DNA from: Bacilli bacterium
GTDB lineage: Bacteria > Bacillota_I > Bacilli_A > RFN20 > CAG-826
DNA: 64,000 bases
Assembly: GCA_022653695.1 (NCBI GenBank)
Contig: JALCSW010000001.1
Span: forward strand, 53,979-117,978
Reading direction: 5' to 3'
Part shown: one piece after another, positions 62,639 through 64,000 of the stretch
How the letters are laid out: each line of letters starts with the position of its first letter
Position numbering within the stretch: position 1 is the stretch's first letter
Position numbers and translations under genes: made by a program
The notes under the pieces: generated by a model
Told to the model about the DNA's origin: nothing
Databases searched by the model: none
The model's input: the letters and a program-made list of their open reading frames with translations, nothing else

Positions 62639-63907
62639 TCAGGCGATGGCGTTGCCGTCGGCGTCGATCTGGCCGTTCATGGCCTTGATCTGCAAGGCTT
62701 TGGCGGCGTCGTCGAAGCCCGGGAAATCGTCGGCCTGGACTTTGTAACCAGCGCGCGAGGCGGAAAGAAGGACGCCGACTTTGCCCGGATTCAGTTCCGT
62801 GGCTTGGGCGTAAGAGGCGGCCGGCAGGAACGCGGCGTCGATGGTCTCGCTGACGAGAGCCTGCGTCACGAGTTCGTAGCCGCCTTCGGCGGTGCCGACG
62901 GTAAGCGAGAAGCTGAACTTGTTGTCGACCGCGGCGTCAAGGAGCGGCTCAAGCGCTTTGGCGCGGGTGGCGAGCGTCGTCGGATCGTTGCTCGGAACGA
63001 GCTCGATCGAGATGGTGTTGTCCTCGACGTTCTTCGGGGCGGTCACCGGCGTCGCGATGGCGCGGGAGACGCTCTTGCCGCTATGGTCGCGGGTCCATTC
63101 GTACATCTCGCGGGCCTTGTCGTAATCGCTATCGGCGGCATCGACGTAGCCGGTGTGCGAATAGATTTGATAAAGGAGATAAGCCCCGGTTCCTTCGGTG
63201 TTCTTGTCCCCCTGCTTCACCACGGTCTTGAAGGCGGTCTTGATGGCTTCCTGCTTCTCCTCGCTCAAGTCGGAGCGGATGGAAACGGTGTCGTTCATGA
63301 TCGGATCGGTGATGGCGACGGTATAGGTATTGAGGAAAAGATTGTCGTTGCCCTTGTACTTGCTGTCGGCCTGGACGTAGGCGCTGCCGTAGCGGGTGTC
63401 CATGAAGCCGCAGACGACATCGAGCTTGCCCGTGAAGAGGGAGTCGATGCTGTCAGGGTAGGTCCCCTGGTCGACGCCGATCACGGCCTTGGCCTTGTCG
63501 TCGGCGCTGAGGGCGTCGTATTCGCTCTGCGTCTTGAAGCCGAGCGTATAGCCGTTGTTATAGAGGTAGTAGTTCGGATAGACGGTGCCCGAGCTGGAGG
63601 TGGAGCTCATATGGCCCCAAACGGCGCCGGCGTCATGGAGTTCGGCCAGAGTAACGGTCCCGTCTCCGTTGGCGTCGAGGGCTTTCTTCCCGATGTAGGA
63701 GCGAGCCTCATCGCGAAGGCAGAACATAATGCCCGAATAGTACATGACTTCGGTCGACGATTGTTGGCCCAGATACTTATAGGCGTTGCTCGCGAGCGGC
63801 GTGACGGTCGCGTCGATGGCGTTTCCGGTTCCGCTGGAGCAGGAGGCTAAGGAGCCTGCGAGAATGATGCTGCCGACGATTAACGTCTTAACCAAATGCT
63901 TCTTCAT
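62639..63907 (-). CDS. phnD: phosphonate/phosphite-type ABC substrate-binding lipoprotein (PhnD/SsuA/transferrin superfamily), unusually long
   Basis: 422 aa. Lipobox LASCSSG. PhnD-like type-2 PBP core with extra insertions. GAAGGAAGG SD. Confidence 0.65.
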   Translation of the reverse strand: MKKHLVKTLIVGSIILAGSLASCSSGTGNAIDATVTPLASNAYKYLGQQSSTEVMYYSGIMFCLRDEARSYIGKKALDANGDGTVTLAELHDAGAVWGHMSSTSSSGTVYPNYYLYNNGYTLGFKTQSEYDALSADDKAKAVIGVDQGTYPDSIDSLFTGKLDVVCGFMDTRYGSAYVQADSKYKGNDNLFLNTYTVAITDPIMNDTVSIRSDLSEEKQEAIKTAFKTVVKQGDKNTEGTGAYLLYQIYSHTGYVDAADSDYDKAREMYEWTRDHSGKSVSRAIATPVTAPKNVEDNTISIELVPSNDPTTLATRAKALEPLLDAAVDNKFSFSLTVGTAEGGYELVTQALVSETIDAAFLPAASYAQATELNPGKVGVLLSASRAGYKVQADDFPGFDDAAKALQIKAMNGQIDADGNAIA

Positions 63908-63920
63908 TTTTCCTTCCTTC

Positions 63921-63933
63921 GGGGCAATGCCCC
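63921..63933. promoter_or_regulatory. perfect 13-bp palindrome GGGGCAaTGCCCC immediately upstream of the phnD SD
   Basis: Self-complementary. Located between the presumed promoter and the RBS of the phn operon. Confidence 0.3.
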
Positions 63934-64000
63934 ATTAACGGCCAAACGAGAGAGCGAGACAGCGAAAACCGCGCTTCATTCGCGTGCACGTCGAATGGAT

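Noticed and set aside
1-64000. Considered a wall-less (Mollicutes-like, genetic code 4) origin because of lipoprotein-heavy surface proteome and C-terminal TM anchors.
   Set aside because: GC ~60% and all long ORFs are intact under the standard code. UGA functions as stop at many gene ends (for example the ATGA overlaps). No basis to infer taxonomy beyond Firmicutes-like expression signals.

Overview
This is a GC-rich (~60%) bacterial chromosomal segment with Firmicutes-like gene-expression signals. These include strong AGGAGG ribosome-binding sites, ATGA stop/start overlaps, lipobox lipoproteins (often with Ser-rich linkers) and consensus sigma-A promoters. Standard code 11 keeps all long ORFs intact. 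There is no rRNA, no CRISPR and no convincing mobile element.

Layout of the window:
- 0-4 kb: three tRNAs (Gly-CCC, Val-GAC, Thr-CGT) interleaved with the nucleotide-salvage genes apt, upp, hpt and prs.
- 4-9 kb: a YfhO-family membrane protein and a Ca2+-type P-type ATPase.
- 9-14 kb: a GNAT acetyltransferase, an AmmeMemoRadiSam system (radical SAM AmrS plus a fused Memo-AMMECR1 protein), and a guanine-riboswitch-like leader in front of a guanine deaminase-like amidohydrolase.
- 14-19.7 kb: an orphan short HipA/HipT-like kinase, a PAP2 phosphatase, an MscS channel and surface proteins.
- 19.8-21.8 kb: the flavinylation module ApbE-DUF1312-Gx transporter.
- 22-27.8 kb: a GH31 alpha-glucosidase, an M13 metallopeptidase lipoprotein and a zinc-ribbon membrane protein.
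- 27.8-30.6 kb: a divergent zur-znuACB zinc uptake unit with a Fur-type 7-1-7 operator.
- 30.7-33.8 kb: a small XRE-regulator module with a perfect 18-bp palindrome, and a membrane-fused spermidine-synthase-like protein.
- 34-59 kb: a beta-1,3/1,6-glucan (laminarin-type) utilisation locus.
- 59-64 kb: a phnD-C-E-E phosphonate-type ABC transporter with a coupled P-loop kinase.

The glucan locus encodes Ser-linker lipoproteins with List_Bact and GLUG/BIG2 domains, GH81, GH30, three GH16 enzymes (one with a CBM) and a LacI regulator. It also carries a sugar ABC transporter (SBP, two permeases, and an MsmK ATPase with a long N-terminal extension), a roughly 1040-aa GH94-clan phosphorylase-like protein, and a translationally coupled trio of uncharacterised membrane proteins.

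The most notable non-coding signals are two motifs. One is a LacI-type 20-bp palindromic operator (TTAGGAAATCGGTTTCCTAA), present in four copies directly downstream of consensus -10 boxes in the glucan locus. The other is a cre-like palindrome (TGAAAGCGCTTTC), present in four copies upstream of the -35 boxes.
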